A DNA stretch of 64,000 nt from Candidatus Curtissbacteria bacterium (GTDB lineage: Bacteria; Patescibacteriota; Microgenomatia; Curtissbacterales; GWA2-41-24), in NCBI GenBank assembly GCA_030647775.1, contig JAUSJC010000005.1, positions 3,911 to 67,910 on the forward strand, given 5' to 3'. Positions within the stretch are counted from its first letter, which is position 1. Every line of letters begins with the position of its first letter. The notes under the pieces were generated by a model. It was not told where the DNA came from, ran no database searches, and saw only the letters and a list, made by a program, of their open reading frames with translations. The translations under genes were made by a program, and so were the position numbers. Positions 36,768 to 46,211 of the stretch are shown here, piece after piece.

Positions 36768-37888
36768 TGGGTTGAAGCCTCTTTTAAAGTAGCGGTCAAA
36801 TCTATGGTTTGTCCCACGCGAAATAGCCGTATCTTAACCGTGTCCCCAACCTTTTTTGTACGGATGATTGAAGAAAGAGTATTTTCATCAGTTAATTTAC
36901 GTCCGTCAAGCTGGGTAATAATATCTCCGACTTTTATCCCCGCGGCAAAAGCCCCGGAACCGGCAATAACACTCCTAACAAGTTCCCCTTCCGGGACCTC
37001 ATTTAAAAGCGCCACGTCTCGGGGAATATGAGTATACGTCACCCCAAGTTGCGGCCTGGAAATTTTGCCGCCGGAGGATTTAAAGTCGTCAATCAGCTGT
37101 TTGGCAATATTAATTTTTATCGCAAAACCGATATTTTGGGCATCGGCAATAGCCGTATCAATAGCAATAACCTGCCCCAAAATATTAACCAGGGGTCCCC
37201 CGGAATTACCCGGGTTAATCGCCGCGTCGGTCTGCACCAGATCATCGAGTTTTTCGGCAACCCCCGTTAAGGGGTCGATGGGAGAAACTCCCCGGCCCAA
37301 ACCCGAAACGACACCGGTTGTCACCGTATTTTCAAATTGTCCAAGAGCGTTTCCAATAGCAATTACTTTTTGCCCGACCTTCAATTTATCTGAATCACCA
37401 AAATCAACCGGGATAAGATCCGTCGCCTCCACCTTAATAATTGCCAAATCGTTAAAAGGGTCCCGGTTGATTTGTGTTACCGGCATCTTTTTTTCCAGCC
37501 CGTTTTTATCGCGGGTTATGGCAATGTACTTCTCCCCTTCTTGGGCAACTACATGTTTATTGGTAAGGATTAACCCGTCTTTCGAAACCACAAACCCCGT
37601 CCCTATTCCCGACTGCTTACTGGTTGGCTGGGAAAACCCAAATAGTGGATCAAACAGCTGCCTGTTTTCAACAGCGATTGAAACAACGGACGGTGAAACT
37701 TTTTGGACGGCATCAATAACTGCCGACTCTTCATCAATTACCCTAACCGTCTGCGACAGGTTGTTTAGAGGCACGCTTGGCAAGGTCTTTCCGAAACCCC
37801 GCAGCGCCGCAAATGTGCTGACCACACCAAGAGCAAAAACCAAAAGTATTAGACTGGGTTTTTTAAACTTTACAAACTCAAGCTTCAT
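36764..37888 (-). CDS. htrA: HtrA/DegP-family serine protease with PDZ domain
   Basis: Trypsin-like catalytic motifs (TNKHVV, GNSGGPLVN) and a C-terminal PDZ. Confidence 0.85.
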   Translation of the reverse strand: MKLEFVKFKKPSLILLVFALGVVSTFAALRGFGKTLPSVPLNNLSQTVRVIDEESAVIDAVQKVSPSVVSIAVENRQLFDPLFGFSQPTSKQSGIGTGFVVSKDGLILTNKHVVAQEGEKYIAITRDKNGLEKKMPVTQINRDPFNDLAIIKVEATDLIPVDFGDSDKLKVGQKVIAIGNALGQFENTVTTGVVSGLGRGVSPIDPLTGVAEKLDDLVQTDAAINPGNSGGPLVNILGQVIAIDTAIADAQNIGFAIKINIAKQLIDDFKSSGGKISRPQLGVTYTHIPRDVALLNEVPEGELVRSVIAGSGAFAAGIKVGDIITQLDGRKLTDENTLSSIIRTKKVGDTVKIRLFRVGQTIDLTATLKEASTQ

Positions 37889-37901
37889 GAAATGATTTGG
37901 A

Positions 37902-39146
37902 TCAAAAGAGCTCTAGGGCTTTTTCCAGTTGCGTATCTAATTTGTCGTCTGCCTTAGGTTCAATTATAACATCCGGCGTAATCCCTACGCTGTTTATTGA
38001 TGTCCCGTTTGGCGTCAGCCACTTTGCAAAAGTAACATGGAGTGAAGAGCCGCCGGCAAACGGCACGACGTCCTGCACGCTCCCCTTGCCAAAAGTCTTC
38101 TCACCAATAAGTTTCCCGCGGTTGTTGTCTTTGACTGCACCCGAAAAAATCTCAGCAGCCGATGCCGAGCCGCCGTTAACCAGAACCGAAAGAGGCACCG
38201 AAAGCAATTTCCCTGTGTGATCCGCGCCAAGCGCCGTCACCGTCCCATCAGAAGTTTCTTGCTTTACAACTGTCCCCGAAATAAATTCACTTGCCACATG
38301 GATTCCCGAAGTAAGTAACCCGCCCGGGTTATTGCGCATATCAACAATTACCCCATAAACTTTATTGGAAATAATATCGGAAACCGCGCTGTCCCATTCA
38401 GTGTCTGTCGTGTCTCCGAATCGTGAAATATGGATAACCCCGATTTTCCCCTTTTTGCTGTCTTTGTATTCCACTTCTACGCTTTTAACTGTAATTTGCG
38501 CCCGCTCGATTTCTTTTTCATAAGGCTTATCGGCTCCTTCGCGCATCAAAGTCAGCTTTACTTTTGTTCCCAACTTACCGCGGATCAAATCAACTGCCTC
38601 CGGCAGTGTTATATCGAAAGTATCCTTATTGCCGATCTTGAGAATAAGGTCTTTAGGCTTAACCCCTGCCGCCTCGGCCGGCGTTCCCTTGAGTGGAGCA
38701 ATAACGACTAAACGCTTGTCCTTATTAAAACCGATTTGAATTCCCACACCCTGATAACTTCCGGCCAGTTCTTCCGTAATTGCCTGGTTCTGCTTTGGGT
38801 CCAAAAATACCGTATAAGGGTCGCCAAGCGACTTTACCATTCCCGCAATTGCCCCATACAAAATCTTCTGTCCGTCAATGGCGGTCTTGTCCAAATACTT
38901 TTGGGGCAAAGTATCAAAAACCCTCCAGAAAAGCGAAAAATCTACGTTCTGGTAGGCCGCCGGTGTCTGGTTGGCAAAAGTAATGTTCGGGATAAAACCT
39001 TTTTTATCAATTGCCACCTTCTTCTGTCCCAAGGCAAAGCCCAGAGCAAAGAAAATTAGCCCAACCATAAAAAATTGGATAACAAAATTTAAAACTCCTG
39101 AAGATTTTTTAGAAGAGGAGATCTTTGGGATTTGCAAATTGACCAT
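37902..39146 (-). CDS. ctpA: carboxyl-terminal processing (S41) protease
   Basis: PDZ domain plus the S41 catalytic region LVNGGSASAAEIFSGAVKDNNRGKLIGEKTFGKGSVQ. Confidence 0.85.
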   Translation of the reverse strand: MVNLQIPKISSSKKSSGVLNFVIQFFMVGLIFFALGFALGQKKVAIDKKGFIPNITFANQTPAAYQNVDFSLFWRVFDTLPQKYLDKTAIDGQKILYGAIAGMVKSLGDPYTVFLDPKQNQAITEELAGSYQGVGIQIGFNKDKRLVVIAPLKGTPAEAAGVKPKDLILKIGNKDTFDITLPEAVDLIRGKLGTKVKLTLMREGADKPYEKEIERAQITVKSVEVEYKDSKKGKIGVIHISRFGDTTDTEWDSAVSDIISNKVYGVIVDMRNNPGGLLTSGIHVASEFISGTVVKQETSDGTVTALGADHTGKLLSVPLSVLVNGGSASAAEIFSGAVKDNNRGKLIGEKTFGKGSVQDVVPFAGGSSLHVTFAKWLTPNGTSINSVGITPDVIIEPKADDKLDTQLEKALELF

Positions 39147-39148
39147 AA

Positions 39149-39300
39149 TTTCGAATTTGAGAGAAATTACAAGCTCTCTTATGCTTTAATTTCGAGCTTG
39201 CGAGAAACAAGCTCTCTTATTGTACCCGCATCGATAGATGCAAATCCAGACCTGATACTTACTTCTCTGAAGGAGAATAAGCTCTCTTATACCTAATACG
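39149..39300. repeat. three tandemly arranged family-C units (TTCGAGCTTGCGAGAAACAAGCTCTCTTAT; hairpin GAGCTTG/CAAGCTC)
   Basis: Units at 39149-39184, 39189-39222 and 39275-39290; located between the rpsR stop and the ctpA start, so plausible terminator(s). Confidence 0.65.
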
Positions 39301-39305
39301 TTACT

Positions 39306-39533
39306 TTATCCCTGCACAAATGGTAAAAACGCTAAAACTCTTGCCCTTTTAATACCGCTGGTTATTTGCCTTTGATGCTTGGCACAAATTCCGGTTCTTG
39401 CACGGGATTGAATTTTACCGCGTTCTGAAAGGTGTCTCCGAAGAAGCACCGTGTCTTTATAATCTACAGTCGTGCCTGAAGCACATAAAGGACAGTTTTT
39501 GGCTCTTTTTAATCTGGCAATTATTCTTTGCAT
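39306..39533 (-). CDS. rpsR: 30S ribosomal protein S18
   Basis: [28 protein letters not shown] matches the S18 consensus. Confidence 0.85.
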   Translation of the reverse strand: MQRIIARLKRAKNCPLCASGTTVDYKDTVLLRRHLSERGKIQSRARTGICAKHQRQITSGIKRARVLAFLPFVQG

Positions 39534-39618
39534 GTTTTAATTTTGACTAATGACTAAAGACAAATGACTAAAGTTATAAATTTTTGCCTCAGTCGTTAGT
39601 CCTTCGTCTTTCGACGAC

Positions 39619-40239
39619 TCAAAACGGTAAGTCGTCTAAATCTACCTTTTGATCTTCTTCGTTCGTCTTCGGCTCTCCGCCAGTCTTCGACCCTGAGGGC
39701 TCAGACCCCGAATGGGCTGGCGGATCTTCGTTTTTGGCTGCCTTCACTGCCCTTTTGGGTTTATCTTCTGCACCGCCTGCTTCAGCAGAAACTTTCTCCC
39801 CGCCATCCGCCGGTGCTTTCTCTTCGGCGTCCTCGGCGTCCAAAACCTCTTCCGCAGGACTACCCGCAGCACCCTCTGCTGTCCCCACCCCATAACCCGG
39901 TCTCGAATCCAAAATTCTCATGTCGTCAATTACCACCTCTGTCGTCTGGCGGTTTTGACCATCCGGGGTTTCCCAGCTTCTTGTTTGCAGCCTTCCCTCA
40001 ACATAGACTTTGCGGCCTTTGGTCAAAAGCTGTGAACAAAGCTCTGCCAGCTTACCCCAGGAAACAATTTTAGAAAATTCCACTTCCTCTTTTTTCTGCC
40101 CGTCGGAAGATGTATAAACCCTGTTTGTCGCAACGCCAAACGAACAAACCGCGGCTCCGGATGGCGTATACCTTAACTCCGGATCCCGCGTTAAATTCCC
40201 GATCAAAAGTACTTTGTTAAGTGATGCCCTACTTGCCAT
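39619..40239 (-). CDS. ssb: single-stranded DNA-binding protein
   Basis: OB-fold N-terminus (LNKVLLIGNLTRDPELRYTPSGAAV), G/P-rich linker and acidic tip ending DDLPF. Confidence 0.9.
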   Translation of the reverse strand: MASRASLNKVLLIGNLTRDPELRYTPSGAAVCSFGVATNRVYTSSDGQKKEEVEFSKIVSWGKLAELCSQLLTKGRKVYVEGRLQTRSWETPDGQNRQTTEVVIDDMRILDSRPGYGVGTAEGAAGSPAEEVLDAEDAEEKAPADGGEKVSAEAGGAEDKPKRAVKAAKNEDPPAHSGSEPSGSKTGGEPKTNEEDQKVDLDDLPF

Positions 40240-40245
40240 GATCTA

Positions 40246-40761
40246 CTACTTCTTTCCTTTTGCTTTTGGCGCTTTACTTGTCGATTTTACCGGTTTTGCC
40301 TCTTTTTTGGAAGTTGTGACCTTAGTGGTAACTGTTACTTTCGGCTTAACCTCCACCTTCGGCTCTTCCTTCTTTTCACTTTGCCTGCCCGCCAAAGCCT
40401 TGGTGTCGGCGGGGCTTTCGACTTTGCCTGCCCGTCCCCCTGGCGGGACTTTCGACTTTGACTTTCTTTGCGGTTTTACTTTAATTAAGAGGTGTCTCAA
40501 AACCGCTTCCTGCTCCAGCCTTATCTTTCTATCAAGCGCCAAAATCTCTGCCGGATCCGCGTCAAAATTAAACAGGAAATATTCTGCCTCTGTTTGTTTG
40601 GCAATCTTATATGCCAGAGGCTTTTTGCCCATCTTTTCGCTTTTTACATTTTGGGCATTGGCTTCCTTCAAAAACTTCTCGACCCTCTCGAAAAGCGCCG
40701 CCGCGCCGTCAACAGTCCCAACAACAATAAGTTCGTACATGGAGGAAATGATATCAGACAC
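40246..40761 (-). CDS. rpsF: 30S ribosomal protein S6 with lysine-rich C-terminal extension containing repeat-derived sequence
   Basis: MYELIVV...KPLAYKI...EAEYFLFNF is the S6 core; the tail (VPPGGRAGKVESPADTKALAGRQ) is encoded by the GC-rich repeat at 40376-40440. Confidence 0.8.
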   Translation of the reverse strand: MSDIISSMYELIVVGTVDGAAALFERVEKFLKEANAQNVKSEKMGKKPLAYKIAKQTEAEYFLFNFDADPAEILALDRKIRLEQEAVLRHLLIKVKPQRKSKSKVPPGGRAGKVESPADTKALAGRQSEKKEEPKVEVKPKVTVTTKVTTSKKEAKPVKSTSKAPKAKGKK

Positions 40762-40811
40762 CTAAGTTTAATTCAATAATTAAGGTTTAGCCTAATGATT
40801 CCTTTATCTGT

Positions 40812-40840
40812 CTTGACTCATACTAATATACTTGTATACT
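40812..40840 (+). promoter_or_regulatory. sigma-70-type promoter TTGACT-N17-TATACT placed 7 nt upstream of the ATG (near-leaderless), overlapping a 14-bp motif ATATACTTGTATAC
   Basis: Hexamers and 17-nt spacing read directly; the same 14-mer recurs at 41285-41298 just after the stop. Confidence 0.5.
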
Positions 40841-40847
40841 AGTATTT

Positions 40848-41279
40848 ATGCCCAGAGCATCTAAATACAAACTCACTACCACAAAATTAACAGAACTCGA
40901 AAGCCATTTCTCTTATCTCATATCTTCTTTGAATAAACCTGGGGATATAAAATTGTTCTTTGATGAATTTTTAACAAGTGAAGAAAAACTAATGCTAACA
41001 AAGCGTCTGGTTCTTATAATGATGCTGAAAAGAGATTACCCGGATTATGTCTGTCAAGGCGCCCTCCATATCAGCTACGAAACTGTAAGGAATTACAAAA
41101 TTTATCTCAACCATAAATCTCAAGCATTCGACAAAACAATAGATCGACTAATCAGTAGACAAAAAACTAGAGAGTTATTTGAAAAAATTGATAAGGTTTT
41201 AAAACCGTTAGAACTCGCTCTAAAGTCTGGAACAAATATGAAGGCTCGAGCAAAATTCGCCTCGGGCGATTGGACTTAA
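40848..41279 (+). CDS. TrpR/YerC/YecD-like small DNA-binding protein (paralog 3 of 3)
   Basis: LTKRLVLIMMLKRDYPDYVCQGALHISYETVRNY aligns with the HTH of the other two paralogs. Confidence 0.6.
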   Translation: MPRASKYKLTTTKLTELESHFSYLISSLNKPGDIKLFFDEFLTSEEKLMLTKRLVLIMMLKRDYPDYVCQGALHISYETVRNYKIYLNHKSQAFDKTIDRLISRQKTRELFEKIDKVLKPLELALKSGTNMKARAKFASGDWT

Positions 41280-41303
41280 CACAGATATACTTGTATACCT
41301 AGT

Positions 41304-42392
41304 TCAAACACTGAAACGAAATTCCACTACCATCCCGTCTTTTATCGCCTCTGTCTTCCCAATTGTTTTAATTTTCCCTTGATCTTTGGCGTTCTTCCAC
41401 CCCCCACAACCCACAAGCTCTTCCCAATCTATTACTTCCGCCGCGATAAATCCCCTTTCAAAATCGGTATGGATTACTCCCGCCGCTTGTGGTGCCAATG
41501 CTCCTTTTTGAGTCGTCCAAGCACGAACTTCCTTCGGCCCGGCCGTAAGGAATGTAATCAGGCCTAAAGTTTCATAAGCCTTCTTTATTAATATATTCAA
41601 GCCTGGCTCGGCAACTCCAAGCTCGGCTAGATACAACTTTTGCTCTTCCGCATCAAGACTCGCCAAATCTTCCTCCGTCTTGGCACATATTCTCACTTCG
41701 TTGTCATTGCGAGGAGCTTGCGACGAAGCAATCTCTTCCTCGTCACTATTCAAAACAATGATGGATTTTTTAGTCGACAACAGTTGTAGATCCTTTATCT
41801 TTTCCAGCTCATCATTATCCAAATTTTCCTCAAGCCACTTCCCTTGCTCAATCAGTCCTTTTGCTTTTTGAAGCACTGCAGCCGCCTGATGTCTTGGATC
41901 TTGGACAGTAGCTGACCTTAATTCTTTGTTTAAAGTTTCAAGTCTCTTGTTTATTGTTTCTAAGTCTTTGAGCATCAGCTCCGTTTTTAAAACCTCAAGG
42001 TCGCTTTTTGGGTTCTCGCTCCCCGCCCGCACAATATCTTCATTCTTAAAATCCCTTAGGACAAAAACAATTACATCCACTTCGCGGATATGAGAAAGGA
42101 ATTGGTTACCCAACCCTTCACCAGAAGCGGCACCCTTAACCAAACCTGCAATGTCCACAAAAGAAACCGTCGCCGGAATTATCTTAAAGTTCGGACCCAA
42201 ACCTTCTGTCTTCTCGACAATTTCTTTTAACTTTTCAAGCCGCTCATCCGGCACTTCGCAAACGCCGACGTTTGGCTCAATCGTCGCAAACGGATAGTTA
42301 GCCGAAAGCGCCACCTGCTTCTTAAGAAGCGCATTAAAAAGCGTCGACTTCCCCACATTCGGAAGCCCAACAATTCCCACAGAAAGATTCAT
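41304..42392 (-). CDS. ychF: ribosome-binding ATPase YchF (Obg-like GTPase family)
   Basis: IVGLPNVGKSTLFNALL P-loop, a coiled-coil insert and C-terminal TGS domain. Confidence 0.9.
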   Translation of the reverse strand: MNLSVGIVGLPNVGKSTLFNALLKKQVALSANYPFATIEPNVGVCEVPDERLEKLKEIVEKTEGLGPNFKIIPATVSFVDIAGLVKGAASGEGLGNQFLSHIREVDVIVFVLRDFKNEDIVRAGSENPKSDLEVLKTELMLKDLETINKRLETLNKELRSATVQDPRHQAAAVLQKAKGLIEQGKWLEENLDNDELEKIKDLQLLSTKKSIIVLNSDEEEIASSQAPRNDNEVRICAKTEEDLASLDAEEQKLYLAELGVAEPGLNILIKKAYETLGLITFLTAGPKEVRAWTTQKGALAPQAAGVIHTDFERGFIAAEVIDWEELVGCGGWKNAKDQGKIKTIGKTEAIKDGMVVEFRFSV

Positions 42393-42456
42393 CGTTCAAC
42401 ATTTTACCATCAAACATCTTGACAATACATACCCAGTGTTATAACATTGTAATAAC

Positions 42457-42660
42457 ATGATCCAGAAAACTATTCAGGTCGGAAATTCCATCGCTGTAAT
42501 TATCCCTAAAAAAGTTCTCGACGAAAAAAGCATCAAAGTTGGCGACGCTGTCAATTTTTCAGTCGATCCCGTTTTTACTGCGGATCGCGAAATCCACGCC
42601 CTCACGCAGAGATTGATAAAACAATACCGCAGTGCCCTCGAAGAACTCGCTTCTAGGTGA
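42457..42660 (+). CDS. AbrB/MazE-type (SpoVT_AbrB) antitoxin
   Basis: VGNSIAVIIPKKVL...GDAV swapped-hairpin motif; 4-bp overlap with the downstream doc gene. Confidence 0.65.
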   Translation: MIQKTIQVGNSIAVIIPKKVLDEKSIKVGDAVNFSVDPVFTADREIHALTQRLIKQYRSALEELASR

Positions 42661-43034
42661 AATATCTAACACCCCAAGACGTTATCCAAATTCATTATGA
42701 ACTGGTGGAGGCCACTGGCGGATTACAAGGTTTGCGTGACCTGGGGCTTCTGGAATCGGCAGTGCTTAGGCCCGAGTCCAGCTTCGGAGGCAAAGACCTT
42801 TATCCAAATCTTATCTTAAAAGCCGCAGCACTCATGCACTCTCTTCTTTTAAATCACGTCTTTGCTGACGGCAATAAAAGAACAGCAACCGTATCAATGA
42901 TTGAATTTTTAATAACAAATGGTAAAAAGTTTGAAGCAACTAACCGGGAAATAGTTAACTTTGCTCTCTGGGTGGAAAACAAAAAACCCAAATTAGAAGA
43001 AATTGCCGCGTGGATTAAAAAACACACCAAGTAG
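42657..43034 (+). CDS. doc: Doc (death-on-curing) toxin, Fic family
   Basis: Fic motif HVFADGNKRTA. Confidence 0.85.
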   Translation: MKYLTPQDVIQIHYELVEATGGLQGLRDLGLLESAVLRPESSFGGKDLYPNLILKAAALMHSLLLNHVFADGNKRTATVSMIEFLITNGKKFEATNREIVNFALWVENKKPKLEEIAAWIKKHTK

Positions 43035-43156
43035 CAAAAACGTGAGCTTGGAAACTAAGGTCGTGGTTCTCTGATTTCCTGCCTGCCGGCAGGCAAGGTC
43101 GATCAAAATAAATTATCGGCACTCCAAGCAAGACATAATTCATATAGGAAATAATT

Positions 43157-43414
43157 TTATCCATACAAATTACTGTGGCTATCAATTGCAACAAAAAGTG
43201 CACCTTCTGAATCTTTTTTAAATATTACTCGTATATCGCCTGTGATATTTATACTTCTATAGCCTAGATACTTTCCTTTTAATGCATGGTTATTCAAAAC
43301 CGGATCAAATTCATCTTGTATAAATAGATTTCTTCTGTCTTTAAATTTTCTTTTCTGGGATTCGGTTAACTTTTTATAATGTTTTTTGAAGTTCTTATGC
43401 AAATGGACAATCAT
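43157..43414 (-). CDS. RelE/YafQ-family mRNA interferase toxin
   Basis: The 85-aa protein has the pattern ...HALKGKYLGYRSINITGDIRVIFKKDSEGALFVAIDSHSNLY typical of RelE/YafQ; 4-bp overlap with the upstream antitoxin. Confidence 0.6.
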   Translation of the reverse strand: MIVHLHKNFKKHYKKLTESQKRKFKDRRNLFIQDEFDPVLNNHALKGKYLGYRSINITGDIRVIFKKDSEGALFVAIDSHSNLYG

Positions 43415-43695
43415 TGAGAATCAAGATATCTGTCCATTTCTTCAGCAGTGGAAAAAGGGCCAACAATATTTCTATTATGCTTAATATCCTCTTCAACTCT
43501 GTCGAGAAGCTTCTCGAGCTCCGGTGTCATTTGTGGAGTATCAGAAAAAATTATTTCCCGGGTCCTAATGAAATTGCGGAGTGACGCATTTATCACATCA
43601 CTGAGATTGAGACCGAGCGCATGGGCAACTTTAACCGCATTTTCCTTAACCTCTTTATCAGCCTTTATATGAATTACAGTTTGCATAATAACCAA
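43411..43695 (-). CDS. DinJ/RelB-family ribbon-helix-helix antitoxin
   Basis: N-terminal RHH pattern VIHIKADKEVKENAVKVAHALGLNLSDVINASLRNFI; operon partner of the RelE/YafQ-like gene. Confidence 0.65.
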   Translation of the reverse strand: MVIMQTVIHIKADKEVKENAVKVAHALGLNLSDVINASLRNFIRTREIIFSDTPQMTPELEKLLDRVEEDIKHNRNIVGPFSTAEEMDRYLDSQ

Positions 43696-43758
43696 AGTAT
43701 ATACAACAGTTACGTGAATGTCAAGACAATTTAACGGTTTTGTGTAGTACGTTGTGCC

Positions 43759-44445
43759 TTATTGAGGCTTGAAAGTGGCGATGGAGGCATCCACATAGTC
43801 TTTGTACGTACTCCACATGCCTTCATTAACTCCGCCTAAAATAGCGTAAAGATTCTTCGGCGATGTTATAACCATATATCTACCGTGCATATTTTCCCCA
43901 CCCAGTACCCCTGTAAATTCCATCTCATAGGCATTTTCTTCCCCCACCTTAATCTCACCCTCTTTGAGAAATTTAACATCGCTGAATTGCTTTTTTAGCT
44001 GGACTTTATGCAAATCCGCAATTGTTGCCAGCTTTGTGTCTTTATAATCACCTATGGGGACCGAAAAGACAGAAATTAAAGCATCAGCCTTATCTGAACC
44101 CTTGGTATCGGAAGACTTATAAATAGTGACATTGGTGGTAGCACTGTTAACTTTCCATCCTTCCGGATAGCTGATGGAAAATCCTAATTTAGAATCGACA
44201 AACGGTTCGGCACTAAGCTTAATTTGGGATTTTGGTTTCTCTGTGGGCTGGGCCGTAGACTGTGAAACTTGAGATCCGGCTTGGCTTTTGCTCTTATCGT
44301 CGACTTTAACGTACCCTGAAAACTTAAGAGTACCTGAAGCTATTAAAAAAACGGCTATCCCCAAAATTACCACCCCGCCAATTACCAGAAGATTGGCAAA
44401 CCCCTTTTGCCGCGAAGAAAAATCGGGATGGGCAGATTTATTCAT
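43759..44445 (-). CDS. N-terminally membrane-anchored extracytoplasmic protein, hypothetical
   Basis: Single TM (LLVIGGVVILGIAVFLIA) followed by a soluble domain; shares architecture with the next gene. Confidence 0.45.
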   Translation of the reverse strand: MNKSAHPDFSSRQKGFANLLVIGGVVILGIAVFLIASGTLKFSGYVKVDDKSKSQAGSQVSQSTAQPTEKPKSQIKLSAEPFVDSKLGFSISYPEGWKVNSATTNVTIYKSSDTKGSDKADALISVFSVPIGDYKDTKLATIADLHKVQLKKQFSDVKFLKEGEIKVGEENAYEMEFTGVLGGENMHGRYMVITSPKNLYAILGGVNEGMWSTYKDYVDASIATFKPQ

Positions 44446-44491
44446 CTACTTAATTAACTAAATAAAAACCCTTCATTGTCAAGTGGTCATA

Positions 44492-45316
44492 TTACTCAAA
44501 TTTAAAAGTATCCATAGATTGTTTCAGCTGTAACCCCCTTTTGTCCCAATAAGGCTCAAAGGCTTTACCGGCAACCGTTATAAGGTAACCATTTTTGTAA
44601 AATACATAGCTAAGAATCCTTACCTTTGCTTGCTGCAGCACCTTATCCATATCTTCTTGGATGTCTTTTCGCGAAACATTCACCCCTTCTTTAGCAGCTT
44701 TAGCCAGTTCCTCTTGCATTTGAGACTCTAGTATTTTTTGGGCTGTCTCACGAATATCCATTACGGATTCTAAAGCATACGCCTCTTCCCCATTGACTTT
44801 AATTTTTTGTCTCTGGCTAATCGTTACGGTGGAATTTACCTTATTAAGGATCGCGGATTCTAAAGCATCATCAAGGTTTTTAAACTCTGATTTTACTATA
44901 TTAATACTCAAACTGGACCGGACATTTACTGTCCAGAGGATACCTGCTGCACCTTCTGAAATTTCATCTTTGACGGGAGAGACAAATTCAACCACAATAT
45001 TGCCGTATGGCGCTACCTTTTCCCATCCTGCCGGTGGGTATATGGAGAATTTAGGAACTGCAGCATTAGCTGTGTCTATCTTTTGCTCAAAAGGTTTATC
45101 CGCCAGTCTGCCGCTGTTAGCTAAGTTAACCTCTGCACTTTGGGGTGTTGGCGCGGGTGAACCTTTCAACTCTGTTGTTTGGGAGGTTTTATCGCTTCTT
45201 ACTTTAATTTCGTTCCTGGATTTATAGACAACTCCGGCAACACCTGTTATCACAACAGTCAGGATTATCACCAAGATAATAGGAACAAAACCTTTTCGGT
45301 TTTTGAATTTGGGCAT
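44492..45316 (-). CDS. N-terminally membrane-anchored extracytoplasmic protein, hypothetical (architectural paralog of 43759-44445)
   Basis: Single TM (FVPIILVIILTVVITGVAGVV) followed by a soluble domain. Confidence 0.45.
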   Translation of the reverse strand: MPKFKNRKGFVPIILVIILTVVITGVAGVVYKSRNEIKVRSDKTSQTTELKGSPAPTPQSAEVNLANSGRLADKPFEQKIDTANAAVPKFSIYPPAGWEKVAPYGNIVVEFVSPVKDEISEGAAGILWTVNVRSSLSINIVKSEFKNLDDALESAILNKVNSTVTISQRQKIKVNGEEAYALESVMDIRETAQKILESQMQEELAKAAKEGVNVSRKDIQEDMDKVLQQAKVRILSYVFYKNGYLITVAGKAFEPYWDKRGLQLKQSMDTFKFE

Positions 45317-45378
45317 TGATTAAACTTTAGCCCTTTACATTTGACAGGTCAAGTTTCCTAATCTATGCTTAATTTTAG

Positions 45379-45861
45379 ATGGATTTTCCTTATATATTTA
45401 TCTTAGTAACAATACTTATTGTATCCCCGTTTATTTTGGCTTTAGCATCAAAACAAGGTAAGCAGGCTAAACAAAACTTAAAATATATTTTCCTTACTCT
45501 TTTATTGTCCCAAATACTTTTGGGTTTTTTAAATTGGGAAAATTTTCAAGGAACGGGCAGAAGCGGTTTCGATCTCTCTCTTGCGTATCCTGGCTCATTT
45601 TTGGGATTGTTTTTTATAATATCCCTACTGCAAATCACCCTATTGGTTCTTAACAAACCTTTCAATAAGGCGGTTGCTGTCTTCAATTTTATCAATTCAC
45701 TAGTAATTTTTGCAGGGATGATCAGGTTGAGCAGTTTATTGGAAAAACAAATCTTTAGTCTACCCAGCATTGGCGCAGTATTCCTGGTCTTAATTGGGAA
45801 TGTTATTTCTCTGATGTGGATTAATAGAGACAAAAATTTGCTGAAAAAATACCCCTTTTAA
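45379..45861 (+). CDS. integral membrane protein (4-5 TM), hypothetical
   Basis: ORF track; hydrophobic helices. Confidence 0.45.
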   Translation: MDFPYIFILVTILIVSPFILALASKQGKQAKQNLKYIFLTLLLSQILLGFLNWENFQGTGRSGFDLSLAYPGSFLGLFFIISLLQITLLVLNKPFNKAVAVFNFINSLVIFAGMIRLSSLLEKQIFSLPSIGAVFLVLIGNVISLMWINRDKNLLKKYPF

Positions 45862-45864
45862 AAT

Positions 45865-46203
45865 ATGAGGAATTTAATTTTACTGATAATAATAGTTGTA
45901 TTAGCCGGTGCAGGCTATTTTGCTTTCCAAAAACTAAGTTCGACACAAACGCCAACCCCGGCACCGGCGCAAACTGTACCTTCTAAAATTACTTCCGAAC
46001 AGGCAGTCGCAAGCGTTAAAAATCTGCCGGAAATACAAGACTACCTAAAAAGGGTTCCCAACGGGAAAATTGAGGTGGATAGTGGAGATGAAAGTGAGTA
46101 TAGCGTCCATGTTTATGAAATTAAAGATGGCCACACTGCCACTTTCAACTGGTACAGTGTCAATATAAAGGATGGCAAAGTGAAACCGCAGTTCCCCCAA
46201 TAA
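45865..46203 (+). CDS. membrane-anchored small protein, hypothetical
   Basis: N-terminal TM; 4-nt spacer from the upstream gene. Confidence 0.4.
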   Translation: MRNLILLIIIVVLAGAGYFAFQKLSSTQTPTPAPAQTVPSKITSEQAVASVKNLPEIQDYLKRVPNGKIEVDSGDESEYSVHVYEIKDGHTATFNWYSVNIKDGKVKPQFPQ

Positions 46204-46211
46204 AAATCCCC

